Shown: positions 29,161 to 38,971, counted from the first letter of the stretch. The stretch: DNA of 64,000 nucleotides from Acidobacteriota bacterium (GCA_020851565.1 JADZCN010000075.1:19070-83069); one strand, 5' to 3'. A program made the numbers and translations. Notes: generated by a model from the letters alone, not told the origin.

Positions 29161-29579
29161 GTGAGCCCCACGACGATGGCAGTGGTCCACACCACCGCGG
29201 CAATACCCGTGCAGACCACGAACAGCGGCACGGAAATGCGAAGGAGACCCGCTGCCACGTAGAGTGCCACGCGGGTGCCCGGCAGCACCCGGCTCGCGAA
29301 GATCGCCGCGGGCGCTCTGCCCTCGAGTCGTTGCGCGAGGACCTCCAGATCGCCGGCCGGCCACTTGTGCCGCACCCAGCCGCTGACGGGCGCCCAGGTC
29401 CGTGCGAGTCGCCCCGCGGCAAAGAGTCCCACATCGCCGGCCCAGATGCCCAGGGCCACCGCGGCGACCGCGATCGGGGCGGGCAGGTGGCCCGTGCGCG
29501 CCAGGACACCGGCGCCGAGGGCGGCGGCATCTTCCGACACGAACGTGGATGCGGCGAGAGACAGGGCGACCCAGATCAC
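29145..29579 (-). CDS. DedA/VTT-domain membrane protein
   Basis: TFVSEDAA, GIWAGDVGLF, SRVLPGTR; GTGA-coupled to NRDE; overlaps the ATP-grasp start. Confidence 0.85.
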   Translation of the reverse strand: MIWVALSLAASTFVSEDAAALGAGVLARTGHLPAPIAVAAVALGIWAGDVGLFAAGRLARTWAPVSGWVRHKWPAGDLEVLAQRLEGRAPAAIFASRVLPGTRVALYVAAGLLRISVPLFVVCTGIAAVVWTTAIVVGLTWLAP

Positions 29580-30418
29580 CACACCCCTCGGCCCATTCCC
29601 ATCTGCGTCATCTGCGGCTTCTGCTGCTTCTGCGTCAGCTGCGGCTCTTGCAACTTCTGTGTCATCTGCGTGATCTGTGGCATCCGCGTCCTCTGCGGCC
29701 CCCGCCGCCTCTGCCTCATCTGCTCTGTCCGTGTCGAGATGGGCCACCCATCCACCACGGGCCGATAGTGCATCGTCACCCTTCCAGGCGCGAGGATGAT
29801 CTCGGTACAACTCACCGTGCAGGCGTCCGTGCGCGACATCATGACGCTCAGGTGCCGGCGGTCCGGCCACGCGTGATGGTGAAACCGCGCCTGGGCCATC
29901 CAGGGGTCGGGTGCTTCCCGCAGCAACTGGAGAAGCAGGCCGCGCCGCGGTCCCTCCACCAACGCGTCTCCCAGTGACGAGGAGCAGAACACCTGGGCGC
30001 GCCCGACTGGTGTGATGCTGGGCTCCAGGCAGCCGCGCGCGAACACGGCAATCTCCCGCGTCGAGACCGCGATGAGCCTGAACGGCGCGAAGCCGGTGGT
30101 GTCGATGGCACGCCACCCCGTCTCGAGCTCGGCGAGCGATGCGGCCCCGGCCAGCGCCGGTATGAGCGTGCCGCGGCTTGGCGAGCCCGGTCCCGTTCGA
30201 GGGCCGTCGGCGTTCAGGAGGGCAAAGGCCAGCCCGTGATCGCTGGCGGCGATCCAGGTGCCACCGCTGGCGGCATCCACCGGCCAGACGGTGGATACAC
30301 CGCGAACCCGGTGCCGCGCCAGGGGATGCGCGAGCGGCCGCAACCGGCGCTCGTCGCGATTGAAGAGCAGACGGATGGCCGAGAGGTCTGTCGATGTGAC
30401 GACGCTGAGCGTGCACAT
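29576..30418 (-). CDS. NRDE/TANGO2 family protein (Ntn-hydrolase fold)
   Basis: MCT N-terminus, NRDE motif, GGTWIA, SRGTLI; C-terminal tail made of a 9-bp repeat. Confidence 0.9.
   Translation of the reverse strand: MCTLSVVTSTDLSAIRLLFNRDERRLRPLAHPLARHRVRGVSTVWPVDAASGGTWIAASDHGLAFALLNADGPRTGPGSPSRGTLIPALAGAASLAELETGWRAIDTTGFAPFRLIAVSTREIAVFARGCLEPSITPVGRAQVFCSSSLGDALVEGPRRGLLLQLLREAPDPWMAQARFHHHAWPDRRHLSVMMSRTDACTVSCTEIILAPGRVTMHYRPVVDGWPISTRTEQMRQRRRGPQRTRMPQITQMTQKLQEPQLTQKQQKPQMTQMGMGRGVW
29600..29733. repeat. Degenerate 9-bp repeat (CATCTGCGT-like) inside the NRDE 3' end
   Basis: About 14 units such as CATCTGCGT/CTTCTGCTG/GATCTGTGG, read as xQx tripeptides. Confidence 0.8.
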
Positions 30419-30936
30419 CACGCGGCTCCCGCCAGGGACGGCGTCGTCGGGGCGAGCCCGAAACGCTCAGGAAGCCGCGAGGCTCCGACGCGGTGGCCCA
30501 GGAGCGCAATCTGCGCGGCGTGGTGGATGGTATGGCTGATGACGAAGGCCAGCTCACGGGCGACGCTCGACCGGCACTCCACGACCGGCCCGCCGCTGGC
30601 GAGCACGACGCGGACGACGAGGGGCTGTGTGAGCGCGGCATCGGTGTGCCGCGCAAGCCGCATGGCGGCCGACATCAGCGAGAGAACCCCCAGCTCGCGA
30701 TCGCTCTCGATCGCAGTCCGGCGCCGTCGTGCGTCGTAGTCGGCGACGCCGGTCTCGAGGCTGCGCTCGAAGGTCAACACGTGATCCAGGCAGTGGCGGA
30801 CGTGCCCGCCGATGCTGCCCGAGATGCCCTTCACTTCCGACCCGGTGTACTCAGCCGGTGTCAGCTGCGCGATGGCCCGAGCCGTGTCGGTGAGCAGTGA
30901 CGCCAGCGCGCCAAAGCTTCCCGCCGCCCCGGTCAC
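30418..30936 (-). CDS. DinB family protein
   Basis: SIGGHVRHCLDH, YDARRR, RELAFVISHTIHHAA His triad; coupled to DoxX (GTGA) and NRDE (TGATG). Confidence 0.88.
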   Translation of the reverse strand: MTGAAGSFGALASLLTDTARAIAQLTPAEYTGSEVKGISGSIGGHVRHCLDHVLTFERSLETGVADYDARRRRTAIESDRELGVLSLMSAAMRLARHTDAALTQPLVVRVVLASGGPVVECRSSVARELAFVISHTIHHAAQIALLGHRVGASRLPERFGLAPTTPSLAGAA

Positions 30937-31352
30937 GGCCGGCCCCCCGCCGGGCCGTGGCGCAGCCAGGGCCCGACGACCGGCATGGTGGCGCGGTACA
31001 GCCACGCCACGCCAGCCGAAGCCGCACAGACGATGAGCGCCAGCGCGAAGAGGAGGCCGCCGTCGTCCATGACCTCGAGGCCGAGGACAGTGAGGTGGCT
31101 CAGGATGGCACCGCTCATCACGCCGACGCCCAGCAGGCCGCCCAGTGCGGCCGTTGACGGCGCCAGCAGCAGGGCCGCGGTGATGAGCTCCGCGACGCCG
31201 GAACCGATCCGACCCCAGGGCTCGGCGCCGAGCGTCTCGAAGATGTAGACCGACTCTGCGGCGCCGGTGAACTTGAAGAACAGCGTCTGCAGCAGGATGG
31301 CTGCGGCCGTCAGGCGCAGCAGGAGCCCGACCGCTCGCGTCACGGGGTTCAT
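30933..31352 (-). CDS. DoxX family membrane protein
   Basis: ILLQTLFFKFTGAAESVYIF...EPWGRIGSG...MSGAILSHL. Confidence 0.88.
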   Translation of the reverse strand: MNPVTRAVGLLLRLTAAAILLQTLFFKFTGAAESVYIFETLGAEPWGRIGSGVAELITAALLLAPSTAALGGLLGVGVMSGAILSHLTVLGLEVMDDGGLLFALALIVCAASAGVAWLYRATMPVVGPWLRHGPAGGRP

Positions 31353-31361
31353 GGTGTGCTC

Positions 31362-31829
31362 CTATTTCAGTTCCGCCAGCACCTTCGGCCACTGCTGGCG
31401 AGCCTTCTGGATGTAGCCGGGCCGATCCTGGTTCCAGGTGCGTTGCACGCTCTTCGAGTAGTTCAGCTAGAGCGTGCCGTCCACGACCGCGAAGGCCTCC
31501 GGATCGATGTCCACCGCGTATCCCCGGCTGACGCCGTAGGCGCAGTAGCCGCCGAAGGCCGGGGCGTAGCGCTCGGGCTCGCGTGCGAAGGCGTCGCGAT
31601 GGGCTGCCGACGCGAACTGCCAGCGCACGCCGTTCCACGTGTGACTGAACTGTGCCTGGCCCGGGACCGCCTTGCTGTCGGTGAAGTAGGCGACGACGTC
31701 GTAGCCGTGCACGGCCACGCCGGTCTTCTGGTTGTAGGCGGCGCTCGGCGCCTGGCCTCGCACCGTCAGCGCCCCGCCAATTCCGAGGCTGACGAACATC
31801 AGGCAGATTCCATAGAGAAGTCGGTTCAT
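31362..31829 (-). pseudogene. Secreted YHS-domain protein with in-frame TAG at 31467-31469
   Basis: GYDVVAYF, F.S..HRDAF..EPERYAPAFGGYCAYG; the frame continues after TAG as LNYSKSVQRTW...ARQQWP to a stop at 31362. May be a base-call error. Confidence 0.75.
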
Positions 31830-31852
31830 CGGGTGTGCTCCTGTCGTGCTCC

Positions 31853-31911
31853 TGAGATGCCGCCGATCCGCGGCGGATACATGAAACCCGCGACGGAGGG
31901 GTGGCATCAGA
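31853..31911. promoter_or_regulatory. Back-to-back ECF-type promoters: minus TGTATC-N16-CATCTCA (31881-31853) and plus TGAAAC-N17-CATCAGA (31882-31911)
   Basis: Motif copies 4 and 5; the -35 hexamers are directly adjacent; they face the YHS operon and the GH63 operon. Confidence 0.65.
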
Positions 31912-31936
31912 GGCACGACACGGAGAAGGAGCGCGC

Positions 31937-34636
31937 ATGACCGCCGAGGAGCAACGCCTACAGGAAGACCGGGAGAGAACGCGTCACTGGAAACGCTGGG
32001 GCCCCTACCTGAGCGAGCGCGCCTGGGGAACGGTCCGCGAGGACTACAGCCCCCACGGCACTGCGTGGGACTACTTCCCGCACGACCATGCGCGGTCGCG
32101 GGCCTACCGGTGGAACGAGGACGGCATCGCGGGTATCTCGGATCGCCACCAGCACATCTGCTTTGCGCTGTCGCTCTGGAACGAGCAGGACCCCATCCTC
32201 AAGGAGCGGCTGTTCGGCCTCACCGGCAGCGAGGGCAACCACGGGGAGGACGTGAAGGAGTACTACTTCTATCTCGACTCCACGCCCACGCACAGCTTCA
32301 TGCGGTACCTCTACAAGTACCCGCAGCGCGCGTTCCCTTACGCCGATCTCGTGGAGGAGAACCGCCGTCGGGGCCGAGGCGCACCGGAGTACGAGCTGGC
32401 CGACACGGGCATCTTCGACGACGGCCGCTACTTCGACGTGTTCGTCGAGTACGCCAAAGGTGATCCTGACGATGTGCTGATCAGGGTGCGGGTGCACAAC
32501 CGGGGCCCCGAGGACGCCCAGGTGCGCGTGTTGCCCACGGTCTGGTTCCGGAACACCTGGTCCTGGGACACCGGCGGAGCGCGCCCGTGGCTCGCTCGTC
32601 TGGACGGGGCCGGCGAGGGATGCCAGGTCGTCGCCCTGGACGATCCTGCCTACGGCCAGCGATGGCTGTACTGCGAGGGTGCGCCCGAGCTGCTTTTCAC
32701 GGAGAACGAGACGAACACCGAGCGGCTGTACGGCGTGGGCGGCGGCGGCTTCTACAAGGACGGCATCAACGACGCCGTGGTGAGCGGGCGCTTCCAGGCC
32801 GTGAACGACGCTGGTGTCGGCACGAAGGCTGCCGCGCACTACCCGTTCCTGGTCCCCGCGGGTGGCGTCGTGGAGGTGCGACTCCGGCTCACGGACCGGG
32901 CCCCGAGCGCGTGGCGGGAAGGCCCCTTCAGCGGCGAGTTCGAGCGGACATGGGCCGCGCGCCAGTCCGAGGCGGACGAGTTCTACCGAACGGTGATTCC
33001 CGAGACGCTGTCACCGGACGCGCAGTCGGTGATGAGGCAGGCGCTGGCGGGAGTGCTGTGGTCGAAGCAGTATTACCATTACGTGCTGCGCGACTGGCTG
33101 GCCGGCGACGCGGCCCAGCCGCCGCCGCCGACCGCTCGGATCGGGGGGCGCAATCGCGAGTGGCCACACCTGTACAACGCCGACGTCATCTCGATGCCGG
33201 ACAAGTGGGAGTACCCCTGGTACGCCGCCTGGGACCTGGCGTTCCACTGCGTGCCGCTCGCGCTGGTGGATTCCGAGTTCGCGAAGCAGCAGCTGGTGCT
33301 CCTGCTGCGCGAGTGGTACATGCACCCGAACGGGCAGCTCCCAGCCTACGAGTGGGCGTTCGGCGACGTGAACCCGCCCGTCCACGCGTGGGCGGCCTGG
33401 CGCGTGTACAAGATCGAGAAGAAGCGCCGCGGCGTGGGCGATCGGGTGTTCCTCGAGAAGGTGTTCCAGAAGCTCCTCTTGAACTTCACGTGGTGGGTGA
33501 ACCGGAAGGATGCGGAAGGCAACAACGTGTTCCAGGGCGGGTTCCTCGGCCTGGACAACATCGGCGTCTTCGATCGATCGGCGCAGCTCCCGACCGGGGG
33601 ACACCTCGAGCAGTCCGACGGCACGAGCTGGATGGCGATGTACAGCCTGAACATGCTGGCCATCGCCCTGGAGCTCGCGCGGGAGAACCCCGCCTACGAG
33701 GACACGGCCAGCAAGTTCTGGGAGCACTTCCTCTACATCGCCCACGCCATGAACAATCGCGGCGAGGACGGCATCAGCCTCTGGGACGAGCAGGACGGTT
33801 TCTTCTACGACGTGCTGCACCTGCCGGACGGATCGCGCCGGCCGCTGAAGGTGCGATCGATGGTCGGCCTCGTCCCGCTCTTCGCGGTGGAGACCATCGA
33901 GCCGGAGATACTGGAACGGTTGTCGGGCTTCAAGCGGCGAATGGAGTGGTTCATCACCAACCGGCCGGATCTCACCCGGAACGTGGCGTGCATGCGGACA
34001 CCGGGCAATGGTGAGCGGCGGCTCCTGGCCGTCGTGTGGCCGGACCGCCTGAAGCGTGTGCTCGAGGTGATGCTGGACGAGACAGAGTTCCTGTCCGACT
34101 ACGGCGTCCGCGCCCTGTCCCGGCGTCATCTCGACAATCCCTTCACGCTGGTCGTGGACGGCCACGAACACCGGGTGTCGTATGAGCCCGGCGAGTCGTC
34201 CAGCGGGCTGTTCGGGGGCAACTCGAACTGGCGCGGACCGATCTGGTTCCCGGTGAACTACCTCCTGGTGGAATCGCTGCAGAAGTATCACCACTACCTG
34301 GGCGACGACTTTCGTGTCGCCTGTCCCACGGGCTCCGGGCGCGACGCCTCGCTCCGCGAGGTGGCGGCCGACGTCTCGCGGCGGCTGACACGCATCGTCC
34401 TTCGCGATCACCACGGCCGCCGGCCCGTTTTCGGCGGGCGGCCGCTCTTCAACGACGATCCGCACTGGCGGGAGATGGTGCCGTTTCATGAGTACTTCCA
34501 CGGGGACACCGGCGCCGGCATCGGCGCGAGCCACCAGACCGGCTGGACCGCCCTGGTGGCCAAGCTCCTCCAGCAGTCCGGCGAGCGCGAGCCCGCCGGC
34601 GCGGCCGACCGGGACCATGCCGCCGTCGCGCTGTGA
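31937..34636 (+). CDS. GH63/MGH1-like glucosidase
   Basis: [71 protein letters not shown]. Confidence 0.93.
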   Translation: MTAEEQRLQEDRERTRHWKRWGPYLSERAWGTVREDYSPHGTAWDYFPHDHARSRAYRWNEDGIAGISDRHQHICFALSLWNEQDPILKERLFGLTGSEGNHGEDVKEYYFYLDSTPTHSFMRYLYKYPQRAFPYADLVEENRRRGRGAPEYELADTGIFDDGRYFDVFVEYAKGDPDDVLIRVRVHNRGPEDAQVRVLPTVWFRNTWSWDTGGARPWLARLDGAGEGCQVVALDDPAYGQRWLYCEGAPELLFTENETNTERLYGVGGGGFYKDGINDAVVSGRFQAVNDAGVGTKAAAHYPFLVPAGGVVEVRLRLTDRAPSAWREGPFSGEFERTWAARQSEADEFYRTVIPETLSPDAQSVMRQALAGVLWSKQYYHYVLRDWLAGDAAQPPPPTARIGGRNREWPHLYNADVISMPDKWEYPWYAAWDLAFHCVPLALVDSEFAKQQLVLLLREWYMHPNGQLPAYEWAFGDVNPPVHAWAAWRVYKIEKKRRGVGDRVFLEKVFQKLLLNFTWWVNRKDAEGNNVFQGGFLGLDNIGVFDRSAQLPTGGHLEQSDGTSWMAMYSLNMLAIALELARENPAYEDTASKFWEHFLYIAHAMNNRGEDGISLWDEQDGFFYDVLHLPDGSRRPLKVRSMVGLVPLFAVETIEPEILERLSGFKRRMEWFITNRPDLTRNVACMRTPGNGERRLLAVVWPDRLKRVLEVMLDETEFLSDYGVRALSRRHLDNPFTLVVDGHEHRVSYEPGESSSGLFGGNSNWRGPIWFPVNYLLVESLQKYHHYLGDDFRVACPTGSGRDASLREVAADVSRRLTRIVLRDHHGRRPVFGGRPLFNDDPHWREMVPFHEYFHGDTGAGIGASHQTGWTALVAKLLQQSGEREPAGAADRDHAAVAL

Positions 34637-34649
34637 TAGCCTCCCGGCC

Positions 34650-35267
34650 ATGCAGGCGAGTGCCGGCCCGCCCGTCGCCAGCCTCGACGACGGGGCCCTC
34701 GTCGCCCGCCTTCGCGCCGGAGACGAGGAGGCGTTCGAGCTGGTCGTGCGGACGTACAGCGGGCGCCTCCTGGCGGTGACGAGGCGCATCCTCGGTTCGG
34801 ACGAGGACGCGCGCGACGCCGTGCAGGATGCTTTCCTGTCGGCGTTCCGGAGCCTCGAGCGGTTCGAGGGCGGTTCGCTCCTGTCCACGTGGCTGCACCG
34901 CATCGCGGTGAACGCGGCGTTGATGAAGCTGCGCACGCGCCGGCGCAAGCCCGAGGATCCCATCGAGCCCCTGCTGCCGGTTTACCAGGAGAACGGCCAT
35001 CACCAGGAGACCTTCTCCAGCTGGAACGAGCCGGTGGACGTGGCCATGTCCCGCGCCGAGAACCGCGCACGGGTGCGCGCGTGCATCGAGCAGCTGCCGG
35101 AGAGCTACCGAACCATCCTGCTGCTGCGCGACATCGAAGAACTGGATACGGACGAAGCGGCGCGCGCCCTGGGCATCTCGCCCAACGCCGTCAAGATTCG
35201 ACTTCATCGGGCACGCCAGGCGCTCCGCGGCTTGCTGGCCCCTCACTTCAGGAGTGCGCAGCCGTGA
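34650..35267 (+). CDS. ECF RNA polymerase sigma factor (copy 1)
   Basis: DARDAVQDAF, STWLHRIAVN region 2; NAVKIRLHRAR region 4. Confidence 0.95.
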   Translation: MQASAGPPVASLDDGALVARLRAGDEEAFELVVRTYSGRLLAVTRRILGSDEDARDAVQDAFLSAFRSLERFEGGSLLSTWLHRIAVNAALMKLRTRRRKPEDPIEPLLPVYQENGHHQETFSSWNEPVDVAMSRAENRARVRACIEQLPESYRTILLLRDIEELDTDEAARALGISPNAVKIRLHRARQALRGLLAPHFRSAQP

Positions 35268-35500
35268 CCTGCCGTGAATTCGCCGACTTCATGATGGACT
35301 ACCTCTCCGGGGAGCTCCCCGAGGAGTCGCGCGCCCCTTTCGAGCGCCACCTCTCGCGGTGCGCGAACTGCCACGAATACCTGGCGCAGTACAAGCACAC
35401 CATCGAAGCGGGCCGGCTGGCGTTCACCAACCCGGAGGAGGAAGTGCCCGCCGACGTGCCCGAGGACCTGGTGAAGGCGGTGCTCGCGGCCCGCAAGTAG
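35264..35500 (+). CDS. Soluble zinc-finger (ZAS, zf-HC2) anti-sigma factor
   Basis: GTGA-coupled; TCREF..DYLSGEL...HLSRCANC. Confidence 0.92.
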   Translation: MTCREFADFMMDYLSGELPEESRAPFERHLSRCANCHEYLAQYKHTIEAGRLAFTNPEEEVPADVPEDLVKAVLAARK

Positions 35501-35513
35501 ACGCCCGCTCGCA

Positions 35514-35844
35514 CCGGCGCTCCATTGAGCGATTGCCGATTGACGATTGAGCGATTCACTTCCGATCGGGCGATTGGGGCATTGAGCATTGGATTGGGCG
35601 ATTGGCGCATTGGGGCATTGGCGATTCGCCGCCTGACGCAGTAGCGACGTGACCTGCACTGGGCGCGGGCGATTCGAGTCTCGTCGCCGGCTGGCCGTGA
35701 CGACCCGAATCACTCAGTCACTGAATCGCCCAATCCCTCAATCGCCCGATCACCCAATCGCTCAATCCAACGCCCAATGCCCAATCGCTGAATCGCGCAA
35801 TGAATCGCCCAATCGTCAATCGGCAATCGCTCAATGGGCGCCGG
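35514..35844. repeat. About 330-bp MITE/REP-like element with long terminal inverted repeats made of CGATTG units
   Basis: 35522-35558 matches the reverse complement of 35801-35837 at 36/37 bases; lies between convergent genes. Confidence 0.8.
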
Positions 35845-35865
35845 ACCGCCGCGTAGCGGCGGCCC

Positions 35866-36633
35866 TCACTGCTCCTGGTAGTTCACGCTCAGCCCGCCAT
35901 CCACGACGAACGTGGAGCCCGTCACGTAGGCGGCCTCGTCTCCGGCGAGGAACACCGCGAGCCCGGCCACGTCCTCGGGCTGGCCGAGGCGGCTCAGGGG
36001 AATCTGGTTGAGCAGCGCGCCGAGCTTCCGCGGATCGTTGAGCAGCGCCGTGTTGATGGGGGTCTCGATGGCGCCGGGCGCGATGTTGTTGACCGCGATG
36101 CCCAGCGGGCCGAGCTCCACGGCCAGGTTGCGGGTGAGCATGCGGAGCGCCCCCTTGCTGGCGCAGTAGGCCGCGAAGTTGGGGAACGGCAGGTCCTCGT
36201 GGACCGAGCTGATGTTGATGATGCGGCCCGGGCGGCCGCCCGACCTCAGGTGGCGCACCATGGCCTGGGTGGCGAAGAACGCGCCCTTCAGGTTGATGTC
36301 GATCACCTTGTCGTAGTCCTGCTCGCTCACGTCCCAGAAGGGCGCGTGCTTCTCGATCCCGGCGTTGTTCACGAGGATGTCGAGCGGCCCGAGCGCGGCA
36401 GAGGCCTCATCGACGAGGCGGCGGACATCGTCCACCGAGCCGACGTCTGCCGGCAGGATCACGCCACGGACGCCGTGCGCCGTGACGGCCGCGAGGGTCT
36501 CCTCGGCCGCCCGCGCGGATCCCACGTAGTTGATCGCCACGTTCGCGCCTTCCTGCGCGAACCGGATCGCAATCCCCCGCCCGATGCCCCGGCTGCTGCC
36601 GGTTACGAGCGCATTCTTCCCCTTCAGCCTCAT
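35866..36633 (-). CDS. SDR oxidoreductase, glucose 1-dehydrogenase-like
   Basis: TGSSRGIG, NNAGIE, SSVHE..P.P, YCASK, PGAIETPIN. Confidence 0.9.
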   Translation of the reverse strand: MRLKGKNALVTGSSRGIGRGIAIRFAQEGANVAINYVGSARAAEETLAAVTAHGVRGVILPADVGSVDDVRRLVDEASAALGPLDILVNNAGIEKHAPFWDVSEQDYDKVIDINLKGAFFATQAMVRHLRSGGRPGRIINISSVHEDLPFPNFAAYCASKGALRMLTRNLAVELGPLGIAVNNIAPGAIETPINTALLNDPRKLGALLNQIPLSRLGQPEDVAGLAVFLAGDEAAYVTGSTFVVDGGLSVNYQEQ

Positions 36634-36757
36634 CGTGTTCCTCGCTTCATGCTGACGTCGTTGACGACGAGGCCGACGCCTCGGCACTCCGTGCGCGGAC
36701 AGCTCTGCGCCATGGCCCCCTGTGCAATTGCACCCCTGCACCCTGCACCCTGCACCC

Positions 36758-37498
36758 CTACTGAACATGCCTTCCCCCATCGACGCGAATCGTCTCGCCC
36801 GTGATGAAGTCCGACTCGACGAGGGCCAGCACGGCGCGGGCGATCTCGATCTCACCGCCCCACCTCCCCACCGGCGTCGCACGCGCGACCTCGGCACGCT
36901 CGTCCTCGCTCATGTCCGGCGGCGGCAGGATCGGACCGGGCGCCACGGCGTTGACCAGGATCTGGTCGTGCGCCAGTTCGAGCGCCAGGGTCTCGGTGAG
37001 CGCAATGACCCCGGCCTTGGCCGTGTAGTAAGCGACGAAGCCACGGTAGGCCGGCCGTCCGCTCCGCGCCAGCCAGTCGGCGAAGTTGACGATGCGGCCA
37101 CCGCCCTGGCGGCGCATGTGCGGCGCGGCTGACTGCGCGCACAGGAAGACCGACCGCAGGTTGATGTCGATGTTGCGCTGCCAGTCCTGCTCGGTGGTCT
37201 CCGCGAAATCCTTCGCGGCGTAGATGGACGCCATGTTGACGAGCACGTCGATTCGGCCCAGGCGGGCGACGACCTCGTCCACCAGCGCCTGGCAGTCGGC
37301 CGCGCGGCCGACATCGGCGGTGATGGCGGCGCCCCGGCGCCCGAGCGACTGGACCTCGGCCACCGTGGCCTCCGCTTCGTCTCTCGAGCCTCGATAGGAC
37401 ACAGCGATGTCGGCGCCCCTGGCGGCCAGTTCGCGCGCCACCACCTGGCCGATCCGTTTTCCGCCCGTGATGAGCACCACCCGATTCTTCAGAGTCAT
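36758..37498 (-). CDS. SDR oxidoreductase, pteridine reductase/FolM-like
   Basis: TGGKRIG, NMAS, YYTAK, VAPGPIL, VDGGRH. Confidence 0.85.
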   Translation of the reverse strand: MTLKNRVVLITGGKRIGQVVARELAARGADIAVSYRGSRDEAEATVAEVQSLGRRGAAITADVGRAADCQALVDEVVARLGRIDVLVNMASIYAAKDFAETTEQDWQRNIDINLRSVFLCAQSAAPHMRRQGGGRIVNFADWLARSGRPAYRGFVAYYTAKAGVIALTETLALELAHDQILVNAVAPGPILPPPDMSEDERAEVARATPVGRWGGEIEIARAVLALVESDFITGETIRVDGGRHVQ

Positions 37499-37503
37499 GC
37501 CCA

Positions 37504-37563
37504 TCAGATGAAGGCCGCGACAGGCGGTTTCACCTGTAACCGGTCCAGGGGCGCGGCATCCAA
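37504..37563. promoter_or_regulatory. Back-to-back ECF-type promoters: minus TGAAAC-N16-CATCTGA (37532-37504) and plus TGTAAC-N16-CATCCAA (37535-37563)
   Basis: Motif copies 6 and 7; they face the SDR operon and the ferric reductase-Rieske operon. Confidence 0.72.
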
Positions 37564-37582
37564 GCCTGGCAACCGGGACTCC

Positions 37583-37846
37583 ATGACCCATCCCATGGCC
37601 GCACTGCTCGTCGGGCTTGCCACCTCGTATGTCGTGATCGGTGCGTGCTTCGCGGTCGTCTTCGTGGCGCGTGGCATCGACACCATCGACCCCATGGCCC
37701 GCGGGGCCTCATGGGGGTTCCGCCTCCTGGTGCTGCCTGGATCGGTGATCTTCTGGCCGCTACTGCTCATCCGCTGGGCGGCGCGTTCCATGGCGCCGCC
37801 AGCGGAGCTGAACGCCCACCGCCGGCGCACGCGGAGGGCCGCATGA
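37583..37846 (+). CDS. Small two-TM membrane protein
   Basis: Y..IGACFAVVFV.RG...IDP.A.G.SWGFRLL.LPG....WPLL; first gene of a coupled operon. Confidence 0.75.
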   Translation: MTHPMAALLVGLATSYVVIGACFAVVFVARGIDTIDPMARGASWGFRLLVLPGSVIFWPLLLIRWAARSMAPPAELNAHRRRTRRAA

Positions 37847-37938
37847 TCCGCCCGCTCCGCCGCGCACACCGCTGGTTGACCGCCGGTTGGTGGCTGCTGC
37901 TGCCCATCGTGCTGGCAGCCCTGTGGGGACGGCCATGA
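37843..37938 (+). CDS. 31-aa membrane peptide MIRPLRRAHRWLTAGWWLLLPIVLAALWGRP
   Basis: ATGA overlap at both ends; basic N-terminus plus one TM. Confidence 0.6.
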   Translation: MIRPLRRAHRWLTAGWWLLLPIVLAALWGRP

Positions 37939-38971
37939 GCCACCAGTACCGCGCCATCGGCTGGAACCCGCACAAGCGTGCCTACGACGTCGTCGTCGTG
38001 GCCGTGGCGCTCACGCTGATGCTCGTGGTCGCCGCCGGTACGGCGTGGCGGAGCCCATCGGTGACGGCGGAGACCCTGTTGCTGCGTGCCACCGGCATCA
38101 CCGCGTTGCTGTTGCTGCACGCCATTCTCAGTATCGGGCCGCTGTGCCGGCTGGATCGGCGCCTGCTGCCGCTGCTCTACAACCGCCGCCACCTTGGCGT
38201 GCTCACGTTCCTGGTCGCCGCCACCCACGGCGTGCTGGCCATCGTCCAGTTCCACTCCGGCGGCGACCTTCATCCGCTCGTCAGCCTGCTCACGAGCAGC
38301 ACCGGCTGGTTCACGGTGCAGCGCTTCCCGTTTCACGTCCCTGGTGCCCTGGCCCTGACCATCCTGTTCGTCATGGCCGCCACGAGCCATGACTTCTGGC
38401 TCCGAACGCTGACAGCGCCGATCTGGAAGGCGCTCCACATGGGTGTCTATCTCGCCTACTTCTCTCTCGTGGTGCACGTCTCGTTCGGTGCGCTGCAGAG
38501 CGAGTCGCCCGCCTGGGTGGCCGGCATGGCCGCCGCGGGCGTGGTGTGGCTGGCGACGCTTCACCTGGCGGCTGGTCGCGTCGAGTCGTCCCTGGATCGG
38601 CCGGCACTCCAGGTGCCCGGAGCCCCGTGGGTCGATGCCGGCCCCGTGGACACCATCCCCAACCGGCGCGCCCGCATCGTGTGTGCGGCCGGAGAGCGGA
38701 TTGCCGTGTTCCGGTACGACGGCAAGGTGAGCGCCGTGTCGAATGTGTGCCAGCACCAGAACGGCCCGCTTGGAGAAGGGAAGATCGTCGGGGGCTGCAT
38801 TGTCTGCCCCTGGCACGGCTATGAGTACGCGCCCGACACAGGCGCGGCTCCCCCCCGTTCACGGAAGCCGTTCCCACCTTCCGCGTGGCCGTGATGGACC
38901 GCCGCGTCTACGTGGACCCGCGCCCGCTGCCGCCCGGCACGCGCGTGCCCCCCGCGGAGTGCTCGCGATGA
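37935..38971 (+). CDS. Ferric reductase/MsrQ-like TM domain fused to Rieske [2Fe-2S]; one frameshift at the C7 run 38850-38856
   Basis: NRRHLG, WKALH..Y..Y....H heme-ligand region; CQHQ...CPWH Rieske; adding one C restores APPPFTEAVPTF...VYVDPRP ending at an ATGA overlap. Confidence 0.85.

Noticed and set aside
31362..31829. Selenocysteine readthrough in the YHS protein
   Set aside because: The stop is TAG, not TGA, and the GGYC cysteine is encoded as normal Cys.
38850..38856. Programmed frameshift or phase variation in the Rieske fusion
   Set aside because: A single missing C in a 7-C run is most simply a homopolymer sequencing error; reads are needed to decide.
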